DNA from: Promethearchaeota archaeon
GTDB lineage: Archaea; Asgardarchaeota; Lokiarchaeia; Sigyniarchaeales; SOKP01
Assembly (NCBI GenBank): GCA_048938445.1
Contig: JBHLME010000045.1
Coordinates: 1 to 33,281, forward strand
Direction: 5' to 3'
DNA: 33,281 bases
Shown: one piece after another, positions 16,321 to 26,779 of the stretch
How the letters are laid out: every line of letters starts with the position of its first letter
Numbering within the stretch: position 1 is the stretch's first letter
Program-made: the position numbers and the translations under genes
The notes under the pieces: generated by a model
What the model saw: the letters and a program-made list of their open reading frames with translations, nothing else
Databases searched by the model: none
Told to the model about the DNA's origin: nothing

Positions 16321-18173
16321 ATGGAAACACTCAGAAAAGATATTAGGGAAAAATTCGAGGAACTGTTTGAAAATATTTTATATTATGTTCTTGTCTACAA
16401 TTTTGAAGGAATGATTATTGATGTAAATCAATTAATGTTAAATAGCTTTGGTTATAAAACTGAGGATGTATTGAATAAACCCTTTAAAGAATTTATAAAA
16501 AAGGAAAATTTACCTCAAGCTATAAATGCAATTAAAGATTTAAGAAAAAAAGGAAGGATTTCTAAACCAAGTGTTTATCAGATAAAGCATGCTAACGGTT
16601 CTTTTAAATTTGTAGAGATCTATGGGATCCCATTTAAGAAAAACGGAAAGATTCAAGCGGTCATTGCATTAGGTCATGATATTACTGATAAAAAAATAGC
16701 TGAACAAAGATTAAAAGAATCAGAATTGAGATTTCGCACTGCTATTGAAAGTTTACCTTTTGATTTCTTTGCTCTTGATAAAAATGAAGAATATGTAATG
16801 CAAAATTCGATATGTAAAAAAAATTGGGGTGATATAATCGGAAAAAAGCCCGAAGATATAGTATCTGATGAAAAAATTTTACAAATATGGAAGAATAATA
16901 ATGAAAGAGCATTATCGGGAAATTTAATAGAGGGAGAAGTAAGTTTTGTAATGAAAAATGAGGAACGCTTCTTTTATAATATTATATCCCCCATAAAAAA
17001 CGAAAATGATATACAAGGAATTTTAGGTGTAAATATTGATATTACAGAGAAGAAAAGAGCTGAGCAAAAAATAAAAGAATCTGAAAAAAAATATAGGGAT
17101 TTGTTTGATAGCTCTCCATATTCCATTGTATTAATCGATTTAGATGGTATTATTGTTGATGTAAATGAAACATCTAGAACCATACTCGGCTATGAAAGAG
17201 ATGAAGTAATCGGAACGAATTTTCTTGAGTTACCTCTATATGAACCTCACGCAATTCCAATGCTTAAAGAACGGTTAAAAATGTATGCAAGTGGAAAAAA
17301 AATGAGACCTATTACACTTTCGTTAAAAAAAAAGATGGTAATGCATTTTGGGTGAATCCAAATGTTTCATTAATAGAAATCGATGGAAAAAAACATATTC
17401 AAATTATATATGAGGATGTAACTGCTAGGATCGAAACAGAAAAAAAATTAAGAAAATCAGAGAAAAAATATAGAACAGCATATAATCGAGAAAATTTTTA
17501 TAAAGATGTATTCGCTCATGATACACGTAATATCTTACAAGGAATGTTATCCTCATTGGAATTATGTAAAATAAGTATAAAGAAAAAAAAAGATACCAAG
17601 ATTGTCGAGGAATTACTCGATGAATGTAAACGACAAGTATTAAGGGGTTCCAATTTAGTAAAGAATGTAAAAAAATTTTCTGAACTTGAAAAATCTGAAC
17701 GACATTTAATGAAGATTGATCTTGAAAAGTATTTAAATGAAGCAATTAAGATTACTCAAGCATATTCTAATGAGAAAAAAATTGATATTTCAGTAGAGTC
17801 TGAATCCAATCACCAAGTTAAAGCGGATGAGTTATTGATCGATGTATTTGAAAATATATTATTAAACGCAATTCACCATAATCAAAATAATCATGTTGAA
17901 ATTATGATTAGAGTTAGTAACATTGAAGAAAATGAAAAAAAAATGCTTCAAATTGAATTTATCGATAATGGCCCTGGAATTCCTGATTTTAAAAAAGAAT
18001 TAATTTTTAAGAGAAGTAATAAAAAAATAAATAGCGTGAGTGGAACGGGTTTAGGTCTCTATCTTGTTTATTCTATAATTCAACAATATGATGCGAAAAT
18101 TAGAGTAGAAGATAAAATTCCAGATGATCATACAAAAGGGAGTAAATTCATTTTAACTTTTCCTTATTGCTAA
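16321..18173 (+). CDS. Multi-PAS sensor histidine kinase, split by a frameshift at 17325-17334 (ORFs 16321..17355 and 17352..18173)
   Basis: Three PAS/PAC repeats (HDITDKK, IDITEKK, EDVTAR). H-box FAHDTRNILQG, N-box FENILLNA, G1 DNGPGI, G2 GTGLGL. One extra A restores LKKKDGNAFWVN, a typical PAC sequence. Confidence 0.9.
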
Positions 18174-18335
18174 GATTAATTCTAATTTCATGATACAATT
18201 AGACAATCATGAGAGAAAGAAAATAGCTATCAAAAATAATTATTAAATATTATAAAACTTGGATGACTATGATAACTTAATTTATATTTTATTAATTAAA
18301 TTTCATTTAAATCTTAAAAAAGTTGATAATGAGTA

Positions 18336-18833
18336 ATGATTAAACCTGAAGAATTATTGAACTTTATAAAAGAACGAAGAAGTATTCGTGAATTCCAAGA
18401 TAAAGACATTCCCGATAGTGAAATTGAAATGATTTTAGAGGCAGGAAGATGGACCCCAAGTGCTTCAAATAGACAACCATGGGAATTTATCGTGATTAGA
18501 GACAAAGAAATCATAAAAAAATTAGGAGGAGTTCAAAGACAAAAATTTTGGGTTCATGCTCCCGTCCACATTGCGATAATTGGTAAAATCAAAAAAAATC
18601 CAAATTGGTACCTGATAGATACAACTTTGGCTTCAATGAATATGATACTAATGGCTTGGGCTTTAAAAATTGGTACTTGTTGGGTTGGAGCAATGGATAA
18701 AGAAAAAGCAAGTGAAATATTGGGACTAACTGAAGATGAATTTTTATTAACAATTTTGCCATTAGGATATATTAAGGGGGACATCCCAAAGAGTTATAGA
18801 ACAATTATGAAAAGGATAAAAAGAGAAATATAA
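18336..18833 (+). CDS. Nitroreductase family protein
   Basis: RRSIREF, AGRWTPSASNRQPWEFIV and LMAWALKIGTCWVG motifs. Confidence 0.93.
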   Translation: MIKPEELLNFIKERRSIREFQDKDIPDSEIEMILEAGRWTPSASNRQPWEFIVIRDKEIIKKLGGVQRQKFWVHAPVHIAIIGKIKKNPNWYLIDTTLASMNMILMAWALKIGTCWVGAMDKEKASEILGLTEDEFLLTILPLGYIKGDIPKSYRTIMKRIKREI

Positions 18834-18936
18834 AGGGATTTTAAGAATTTAAAATTGTGAATTTCAAAAAATTTTTAAAAAATTTGATTTTATTAGGATA
18901 ATTTATACTCTTAGAATGATAAAATATATCTAATAA

Positions 18937-20367
18937 TTAAAAGCTTAATACAACAATTGGATTTCCACTTTGAGACCATAATTTTGTTCCAAGAATATTT
19001 ATCCTCTGAGCATAAATATCATAATCTTTACTATTTCTTTTATCTTTCCAGGCAATAATCAGACCACTTGATTCATCAAATATTAATTGAGAATCATTTT
19101 GATAATCATCTCCATCACATAACAATATCCCATTTGAATTCCAAGCGAGTTCTCTGTCAGGTTTAATTCTCTGACCATAAATATCCGTCGAATTACTAAC
19201 CCCAATTCTATTTTCTGACCAAACAATAAATGCACCACCATCAGTAGTGTTAATAATTTCTGGGGGTCCTAAACCATTGCTTGTATCACATATAGCTTTT
19301 CCGGTGTTAGTCCATTGTATATCTCCATTTGAATTTATCCACTGAGCTTCAATGTCCCAATCATCATCACCTGATGTCCCTGCATCTTGCCAAGCTATGA
19401 AGGCACCTTCTTCCCCATCACTACAAATTTTTGGAACAGCATTATAAGAATCTACATAAGCTACCGTCTCTCCGTTTGAATCCCAAAGTAAATTTCCATT
19501 CAAATCAATTTTTTGAGCATAAAGAATATTAGAATCAAACCATACCGCAATAACACCCCCAGCTCCATCACTGCAAATTGAAATATGGTAAATACCACTC
19601 AAACTTAGTGTGACCATACCACTTTCCCATTGATTTTCTCCATCTGAATTTATCCTTCGAGCAGTAACTCTTCTATCATCCTCGCATATTATGAAGGCAC
19701 CCCCCAAACCATCGCTGCAAATTTCAGGATCAACTTCATCTGAACTTGAACTAAATATTGGAATTCCATTTATATTCCATCTTAAAAAGCCGTTTAGATC
19801 GATTCTCTGAGTGTATATATTCCATCCAGTTCCTTGGTAATCTCTATTACCTTCCCAGACTATGATGACTCCTCCATTTCCATCACTACACATTTCAATA
19901 TCACGTGGTCCAGGATCTGCCATACAAACAGGTATACCATTAGGTATCCATGCTATATTACCATTTGAATCAATCCGTTGAGCATAAATATCATAATACC
20001 CCGTTCTTTTATCTTCCCATGCAATGATCGCACCTCCTCTTCCATCACTGCATATTTTTGGCTCTTCTTGAGAGTTTCTTGCGTTACAAATGATAACACC
20101 ATTTAATATCCATTTTATATTCCCATTTGAGTCAATTTTTTGAGCATAAATATCACGTCCAGTAGAATCAAAATTTCTATAATCCATCCATGTTATTATA
20201 GCACCTCCCGCACCGTCACTACAAATTGCATGGTCTTTTTGATCATTAGGTGGATCATAATCAAGATATTCTAAAATATAAAAAATACCACTTAGGATCA
20301 AGATAGACATTAAAAAATTAACAGAAATAATAATAACGACTAAAAAAAATTTTTCCTTCTTTTTCAT
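18937..20367 (-). CDS. Membrane-anchored repeat protein, probable 8-bladed beta-propeller
   Basis: N-terminal TM, then eight ~55-60 aa repeats of ICSDGxGGAxIxWxD...DIYAQxIDxNGxxxW. Confidence 0.75.
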   Translation of the reverse strand: MKKKEKFFLVVIIISVNFLMSILILSGIFYILEYLDYDPPNDQKDHAICSDGAGGAIITWMDYRNFDSTGRDIYAQKIDSNGNIKWILNGVIICNARNSQEEPKICSDGRGGAIIAWEDKRTGYYDIYAQRIDSNGNIAWIPNGIPVCMADPGPRDIEMCSDGNGGVIIVWEGNRDYQGTGWNIYTQRIDLNGFLRWNINGIPIFSSSSDEVDPEICSDGLGGAFIICEDDRRVTARRINSDGENQWESGMVTLSLSGIYHISICSDGAGGVIAVWFDSNILYAQKIDLNGNLLWDSNGETVAYVDSYNAVPKICSDGEEGAFIAWQDAGTSGDDDWDIEAQWINSNGDIQWTNTGKAICDTSNGLGPPEIINTTDGGAFIVWSENRIGVSNSTDIYGQRIKPDRELAWNSNGILLCDGDDYQNDSQLIFDESSGLIIAWKDKRNSKDYDIYAQRINILGTKLWSQSGNPIVVLSF

Positions 20368-20536
20368 ATTCAGAACTTTTTGATTAATTGTCTTTTGGTA
20401 TTATTAAATAAAAAAAATATATATAAAACTTCTATAGTCCAGTTATCGTAAATTTTTTTAAAAAACATATTTTAATTAAATAAATTTAATTTAGAATAAC
20501 TAAAACTATTAATTTGAGAATAATACATATTTTACA

Positions 20537-22129
20537 ATGAGTTTTGGATATTTTGGTTTGGTCTTACACGGACATATGCCATGGTGTAAAAAGAGTGGAG
20601 TATGGCCTGCAGGAGAACAATGGTTCACAGAAGCTGCAATGGAAACATACATCCCAATGCTTAATGTCTTGAGGGAATTAAAGGAAGAAGGAATTAAAAC
20701 AGCGATCACCATAAACATAACACCTATTTTAGCAGAAATGATGGCTGATGAATATATGAATCAGCGTTTTACAGAATATATGGAAGAATGGATTAATAGG
20801 GCTGAATCTGATGTTCAGAGATTTATAAATCACCCTCAAAGGAGAGAAATTGCAGAGTTCCACTTGAAAGAGTTTGAACATGTTTTAGATTCCTATTATC
20901 ATAATTATTACGGCAATTTATTAGGCTCATTCAAGTGGCTACAAGATGAGGGAATGATTGAATTAATAACTTGTGGTGCTACTCATGGATTTTTGCCTCT
21001 CTTGGAAAGTGACTCTGGAATATATTCTCAAATACAACTAGCAGTAGATACTCACAAAAAATATTTTGGCAAACTACCAAGAGGTATTTGGCTCCCAGAA
21101 TGCGCATATAGACCTCGAGAATATAAAGATGGCAAGGTAAGAGAAGCTATTGATTATTGGTTAGAATATTCCGGTATTGAGTATTTTTTTGTGGATGCTC
21201 ACGGGATATTAGATGCTGATATAATTGAGAGGAAGAATGATATAGGTTTAAATACAAATTTTGGATATAATTTAGAAACTGGTGTCTCTGTATTTGGTAG
21301 AAATAAAAATACTAGCAGGCAAGTATGGGATTCGAAGATTGGTTATCCTGGTGATGGATATTATCGAGAATTTCACATGAAAGATTATGAATCTGGCTTG
21401 CATTACTGGAGGATAACTGATAAAAATCTAGGAAAAGAAGCAAAAGAACTATATGATCTCAAAATAGCAAATGAGAGAGTTGATTCACACGCAAGTCATT
21501 TTATATCAGTAATGTACGATGAATTGAATGACTTATATAGAAAGTACAATCTAAAGGGAATTATTGTCTCACCTTATGATTTTGAATTATATGGACATTG
21601 GTGGATGGAGGGAATTAACTGGCTCAAGAGGGTATTTGAAATAATTCATAATAATAATGAGATAGAAATGATCACTATTAGTGAGTATATCTCAAAGTAT
21701 AAAGAACAATTTTCCATGATTAAGATGAAACAGAGTAGTTGGGGTGAAGGTGGTCAATTTCAAGTCTGGAAAAATCCCGAACATGGATGGATTTGGCCTT
21801 ATATTAACTCATCGATCCAAGATTTTGAAAATGTATTATCACTGAATCCAAATCCTAATGATTGGGGGCAAAGAGTCTTGAAACAAACTGCGAGAGAATT
21901 ATTATTGATGGAGGGTAGTGATTGGCCATTCCTTCTTTATACAAGACAAGCTAAAGAATATGCCAATAAAAGATTTCACGATCATCATCAGAGATTTAAT
22001 AAATTAATATGGGCTTCCAAAGATCCTAATGATGCAAAACGAATCTCCCTCCAAGAATTGGAACAAATAGAAATGATTGATTCTTGTTTTGAAAATATTG
22101 ATCTTCAATATTTCAAGAAGCTCAATTAG
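20537..22129 (+). CDS. GH57 1,4-alpha-glucan branching enzyme (DUF1957-containing type)
   Basis: HGHMPW, TCGATHGFLPL, GIWLPECAY (nucleophile Glu), PYDFELYGHWW (acid/base Asp), SDWPF. Confidence 0.92.
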   Translation: MSFGYFGLVLHGHMPWCKKSGVWPAGEQWFTEAAMETYIPMLNVLRELKEEGIKTAITINITPILAEMMADEYMNQRFTEYMEEWINRAESDVQRFINHPQRREIAEFHLKEFEHVLDSYYHNYYGNLLGSFKWLQDEGMIELITCGATHGFLPLLESDSGIYSQIQLAVDTHKKYFGKLPRGIWLPECAYRPREYKDGKVREAIDYWLEYSGIEYFFVDAHGILDADIIERKNDIGLNTNFGYNLETGVSVFGRNKNTSRQVWDSKIGYPGDGYYREFHMKDYESGLHYWRITDKNLGKEAKELYDLKIANERVDSHASHFISVMYDELNDLYRKYNLKGIIVSPYDFELYGHWWMEGINWLKRVFEIIHNNNEIEMITISEYISKYKEQFSMIKMKQSSWGEGGQFQVWKNPEHGWIWPYINSSIQDFENVLSLNPNPNDWGQRVLKQTARELLLMEGSDWPFLLYTRQAKEYANKRFHDHHQRFNKLIWASKDPNDAKRISLQELEQIEMIDSCFENIDLQYFKKLN

Positions 22130-22253
22130 TTATAGAAAATTAATGATCATTATAATCATTTATTCTTCCATATTTTCATATTTTTAATATTCATTAAATT
22201 TATATATTGCTAAATTATTGAAGTTTTAACTATATAATGTAATGTGAATTAAT

Positions 22254-22676
22254 ATGATACTTTTTCCCTTCGCAAATTTAATAGTAGGCATTTTACTTTT
22301 TATTGTTGGTGTTATCTTTCATTGGATCGGACAATTAGTTTCTGTAATTAATTGGGAGTTTGCTAGGAAGATTGGGATTCGGGAAAAGGAAACTTTACCC
22401 GAATTTGAGGTATATGAACGTGGTATGGCTATAGCTGAAGCATTAATAGGATGGATTTACGGTATCGCAGCAATAATTTTAATTTATAATATTACAGGAG
22501 CTTTTTTTTTAGCGTGGTTCCCTGGTTCAATATTGATTTATCACAGTTTGAGCTATTGGTTTTGGATTGGATATCAAAATAAAACTGGAAATCCTACTGC
22601 TTCACAAAAATATAGAATTACTTGGTCTCTCTTGAACTTTATAACAGGAATTCTATGCATTTTGATTGCTTGGTAA
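22254..22676 (+). CDS. Small integral membrane protein of unknown function (about 4 TM helices)
   Basis: Four hydrophobic segments; no recognised motif. Confidence 0.7.
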   Translation: MILFPFANLIVGILLFIVGVIFHWIGQLVSVINWEFARKIGIREKETLPEFEVYERGMAIAEALIGWIYGIAAIILIYNITGAFFLAWFPGSILIYHSLSYWFWIGYQNKTGNPTASQKYRITWSLLNFITGILCILIAW

Positions 22677-22712
22677 AAAAAAATTAAAAATATAAATACT
22701 CTATTTTTTTTG

Positions 22713-24287
22713 CTATTTAAAAGCTTGCATTATATTTCTAGCAACGGCATAACCACTCATCGTAACAGTAGTAATGCCTCCTCCTGGAAAAACCCATTGC
22801 CCCGCTAATCGAACATTTTTTAAGGGGGTCTTTTGCATTATTCGATCTTTCATGAAAGTATCGGGTTTAGTTTCCCAACCAAGATGACTTCCGCCAAAAT
22901 TACTTGTAGCATTAATATACGTAAGAGGTGTTGCAAGTTCAGCAACCTCAACATGTTCTGCGAGGTTTTCAATTTTAAATGACTTAGATAATACATTTAT
23001 AAAGTATTGGATCAATCTGCGCTTTTCTTGTTCGTAAGATTCTAATCTATTTCCATTAGAATCTAGAAAATCCATCCAAGCTTCATAGTATGAAGGATAA
23101 GTTATAGTAACTACACTTTTCCCAGGAGGGCAACAATTTTCATCGATATTACTATAAATACTAATAATTTCTAAAGGCATTTTACGAAAATCACGCTTAT
23201 ATACACATTTATTGACGTTTTCAGGAGTATTGGGATTTCTACCGTAAATCCAAATCTCATAATCTTCTATACCTTTTTTTTTCAAATCGATATCAAGCCC
23301 TAAAAAAAGGGTAACCGAACTGTTAGAAGGACGTCTATTTAATAATTTATTTACATATTTTTTTGGTAAAGTACCTTTAGGGCATAATTCGGTAACAAAT
23401 TGATGGACATCAGAAGCTACCACAAATTGTTGTGCAATTAAAGATTTCTCTTCCCAATTTTCATTTTGAACATGCAAATTAAGTGCATGTTTCCCTGAAA
23501 TATCAAATGAAACTGCTTTAGTATTTAAAATGAGAGTCCCATTGTTTTGAACAAATACACTACCAAGTTTATTTGTTAAAACTCCTCCTCCTCCTCTTAT
23601 ATAATAGGCTCCTGCTAATCTGATTGTAAATTCCATCAATAGATATACTATTGCTGTAAAATCTTCTGGAAATGTGGCTAAACTAGCGACAAGATAATAT
23701 AGAGTCTCCCTTGCGGCTTGATCTTTAATATATTCTTCAATAATCTCTTTAACACTCGATTTACTCGTTTTTAAAAATTTGGTTAATGTTTTCATATTTT
23801 TCAATAAAAAAGCAATCATTTTGCGGGAAGATTCTTGCTCCCCCATGTCTAAAAGGAATCTCACAACTTTTTCATAATTTATAAAGAAATTCCTAATTCC
23901 CTCCTCTTCACCTGGAAAGAATTTAGATAATTTACTAATGTACTCTTTTAGGGCCATTGGAATAATAAAATCAATATTATTCTTTAAATCAATCCAATGA
24001 ACAAACTCCTTGAGTGGAATGAATTCTAATTCGTTAAAATCCATAAATTCACTCAAAATGTTTTCAATAGGACCTCCTTTCCCTGCACTATTAATAAAGT
24101 GAACCCCTGCATCGAAGGTAAAATCACCTCTCTGAATATTAACACAACAACCTCCAACATATGAATTTTTTTCTACAATAGCGGTTCTATATCCATTTTT
24201 AGCCAATATATTCCCACAAATAAGTCCAGATACTCCGGCTCCAACAATAATTGCGTCATATTCTTCATTTTTTTCTTTTTCATTCAT
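22713..24287 (-). CDS. Phytoene desaturase (CrtI/CrtISO/RetSat)-family FAD oxidoreductase
   Basis: IIVGAGVSGL Rossmann motif, GGCC..FTFDAG, ATPLTY, and C-terminal LAGQWVFPGGGITTVTMSG. Confidence 0.88.
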   Translation of the reverse strand: MNEKEKNEEYDAIIVGAGVSGLICGNILAKNGYRTAIVEKNSYVGGCCVNIQRGDFTFDAGVHFINSAGKGGPIENILSEFMDFNELEFIPLKEFVHWIDLKNNIDFIIPMALKEYISKLSKFFPGEEEGIRNFFINYEKVVRFLLDMGEQESSRKMIAFLLKNMKTLTKFLKTSKSSVKEIIEEYIKDQAARETLYYLVASLATFPEDFTAIVYLLMEFTIRLAGAYYIRGGGGVLTNKLGSVFVQNNGTLILNTKAVSFDISGKHALNLHVQNENWEEKSLIAQQFVVASDVHQFVTELCPKGTLPKKYVNKLLNRRPSNSSVTLFLGLDIDLKKKGIEDYEIWIYGRNPNTPENVNKCVYKRDFRKMPLEIISIYSNIDENCCPPGKSVVTITYPSYYEAWMDFLDSNGNRLESYEQEKRRLIQYFINVLSKSFKIENLAEHVEVAELATPLTYINATSNFGGSHLGWETKPDTFMKDRIMQKTPLKNVRLAGQWVFPGGGITTVTMSGYAVARNIMQAFK

Positions 24288-24303
24288 AATTTAAATTACC
24301 ACT

Positions 24304-26700
24304 TTATTGTACTATAAAACTATCTATTTCTTGAGCTGCTTTCCTAGAAATACCGATAATAGGACTAAAATCCTCCTTTTTTTCCTTAGTTAAGATATTT
24401 TGACTTGTAAAAACATTGGAATATCCCTTGACTTTCATACCCACATGTACTTCAAATTTGAGGCCTTTAAAGGCAATATATACCGCATTAAATTTTCTGC
24501 ACAAATCTTCTAGAATTAAATCATCTCCTAAGGTACTATTCAATTTAAGACTAGTATTTGATAACACAAGATTAGAAATTTCGCGATCAATTACTTCCTT
24601 AGGAAGGGCAGATGTCTCTATATTTTGATATAATGAACTTGCAATTATAGATTTTTTCTCAAATAGCGATACTTCGTATCCTAAATTAGCCAGAAAATAA
24701 GAAGTTGTTAATCCATTTACTCCTGCTCCTATAACTGCAATTTTTTTGCCGTTAGGGGGATTTAAGGGTACATTTTCTATCATTTCTTTTGTGTAATTTG
24801 CAATCCATCTATGTAATTTTTTAATTTGAACAGGATTATCTGAAAAAGTATTCCGATAACATACTTTTTGACAATATTTATCTGCTGGACATAAATAACC
24901 AGAAATCTCAGGTAAAGGATTCATTTGGTGAATTGACTTTATAGCACCAGAAAAATTTCCTACTTCAATCCTTCGCATGAAAAGAGGGATATCTATCCCG
25001 GCGGGACATACCTGACATGGACGATCTTCACAATATTGACATTTTCGAGCGAGTATTTTAGCATTTTCTGCATTATCCTCTAAGGAATCTATTATAAGTG
25101 GTGCCGAATTATACTTAATTTTTTTTATATAATTTTTCTTAAAGGAAATTGGAGTAAAAATTTTTAATCCCATTTCTCTCATAATAACATTAGCTACACC
25201 AATACCTGATGCACATACTGCTGGGGCACCCATTCCCATTGTTGTCGAGTCCCCACAAGCATAAAGATTCTTCCAACCAGTTTTTGCATGTAAACGTTTC
25301 ATTAGTTCTTGACCAATAGATTGTGTCGGCCCTCCTACACAACCACCATTTTTTAATGTATAACGCTCAATTGTTGTCGGTGTGGCAATATATAACATTC
25401 TAATAGCATCCTTAAAACCAGGAAATCGTTGCTCTATTTGATCAAATATTTGCTCTGCCATTTCATTTTTTCTTTGTATATAATTAGTAGATTGATATTC
25501 TTTATCATCAGGGCTAGGCCATACTTGATTAGGTGCTGGAGAAAAAATAGTAATAATATGTTCATCAGGAGGCCCCAAGGAGTCGTCTTCTAGAGTTGGA
25601 ATATAGAGCATTATATCCCCTGAATCAATTTGAGTGCTATCAGAAATAAAATATTCAACAGGATATAGATCCTTGGGAAATATACTTTTTGAAACAGCAG
25701 CATAAAGAACCATAGCCGGGTAAGTTACTCGTAAATTATCTACCCATTTGAGGTGTTTCTCTTTTATATGATCACGGTCAATTAGTTTCTTGTAGAGATT
25801 CCATATGGTTGCATCGGAGATCACTTTATCTGCTAAGATTTCTGTTCCATTGGCCAATCTAATTCCAATTGCCTCATGTTTCTTATTCATTAGGATTGTT
25901 TCAACTAAATGCCTATAAAGAATAGTTCCTCCAAATTTTTCGATAGCTTTTTCCAAAGTATTTGATAATATTTGAGCTCCTCCTGCAACATAAGAAGGTC
26001 CACCCTCATGATTATCCGTAAACATTGTAAGAGCCATCATTGCTGGAGTTTCTTCTACTAATGTATAGGAATAGCCAGAACAAAGCATATCAAAGAATTC
26101 TATTAGTTTCTGGTCTTTAATGTATGGTTTCATAATATCTTCTGCTGATTTGAATAATAATAATCCCAACTTCATGGTTCCAAGGGGATCTTTAAAAAAC
26201 ATTTTCATTTTCTGTGATAAAGACATTTCAGATGGTGGTGTAAGCATATCCCTGTCCTTAATAAATTTACGATAAAACTTGAACATGTACTCATACAAAT
26301 CCCGAATCTCTCGTTCTTGATTAGGAAAAATCCTAACAAATTCGTCAAGAAATTTATCTATATCTTTCCAAAATAAAATTTGGTTATCTAAGAACCACAT
26401 TCGATGAAAAATCTCTCTTGGAATTACTTTAATCTTTTCTTCCAATTGGTTCATAATATAGGAAAAAGGACTAAATCCTTTTTCCCCAAATCCGAAAATA
26501 GTAGCAGTGCCACAATCAAAAATCCGATCTTCTTTCTTAAAACTGGTGCATGAACCTCCAGGTTGATAATGTTGTTCAATAACTAATACATCTAACCCTC
26601 TTTTTGAGAGAAGCGAAGCTGCAGTAAGACCACCCAGACCGGCACCTATTATAATAATTTGGTATTTATTCTTTAAAATAGCATTATTAATTATTACCAT
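24304..26700 (-). CDS. CrtI-family FAD oxidoreductase fused to a GltD/PreT-like Fe-S domain and a truncated second dinucleotide-binding domain
   Basis: N-terminal IIGAGLGGL...ATPTTIERY...YACGDSTTMGMG. C-terminal CQYCEDRPCQVCPAGIDIP...NPLPEISGYLCP...CQKVC, then IAVIGAGVNGL. Confidence 0.88.
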   Translation of the reverse strand: MVIINNAILKNKYQIIIIGAGLGGLTAASLLSKRGLDVLVIEQHYQPGGSCTSFKKEDRIFDCGTATIFGFGEKGFSPFSYIMNQLEEKIKVIPREIFHRMWFLDNQILFWKDIDKFLDEFVRIFPNQEREIRDLYEYMFKFYRKFIKDRDMLTPPSEMSLSQKMKMFFKDPLGTMKLGLLLFKSAEDIMKPYIKDQKLIEFFDMLCSGYSYTLVEETPAMMALTMFTDNHEGGPSYVAGGAQILSNTLEKAIEKFGGTILYRHLVETILMNKKHEAIGIRLANGTEILADKVISDATIWNLYKKLIDRDHIKEKHLKWVDNLRVTYPAMVLYAAVSKSIFPKDLYPVEYFISDSTQIDSGDIMLYIPTLEDDSLGPPDEHIITIFSPAPNQVWPSPDDKEYQSTNYIQRKNEMAEQIFDQIEQRFPGFKDAIRMLYIATPTTIERYTLKNGGCVGGPTQSIGQELMKRLHAKTGWKNLYACGDSTTMGMGAPAVCASGIGVANVIMREMGLKIFTPISFKKNYIKKIKYNSAPLIIDSLEDNAENAKILARKCQYCEDRPCQVCPAGIDIPLFMRRIEVGNFSGAIKSIHQMNPLPEISGYLCPADKYCQKVCYRNTFSDNPVQIKKLHRWIANYTKEMIENVPLNPPNGKKIAVIGAGVNGLTTSYFLANLGYEVSLFEKKSIIASSLYQNIETSALPKEVIDREISNLVLSNTSLKLNSTLGDDLILEDLCRKFNAVYIAFKGLKFEVHVGMKVKGYSNVFTSQNILTKEKKEDFSPIIGISRKAAQEIDSFIVQ

Positions 26701-26779
26701 ATAACTTCTTATTAAGATATTTTTATAAAACTTTTACTTTAAAACTATAAATGGGCTCTTCAAAATAGTTTTAATTAGT

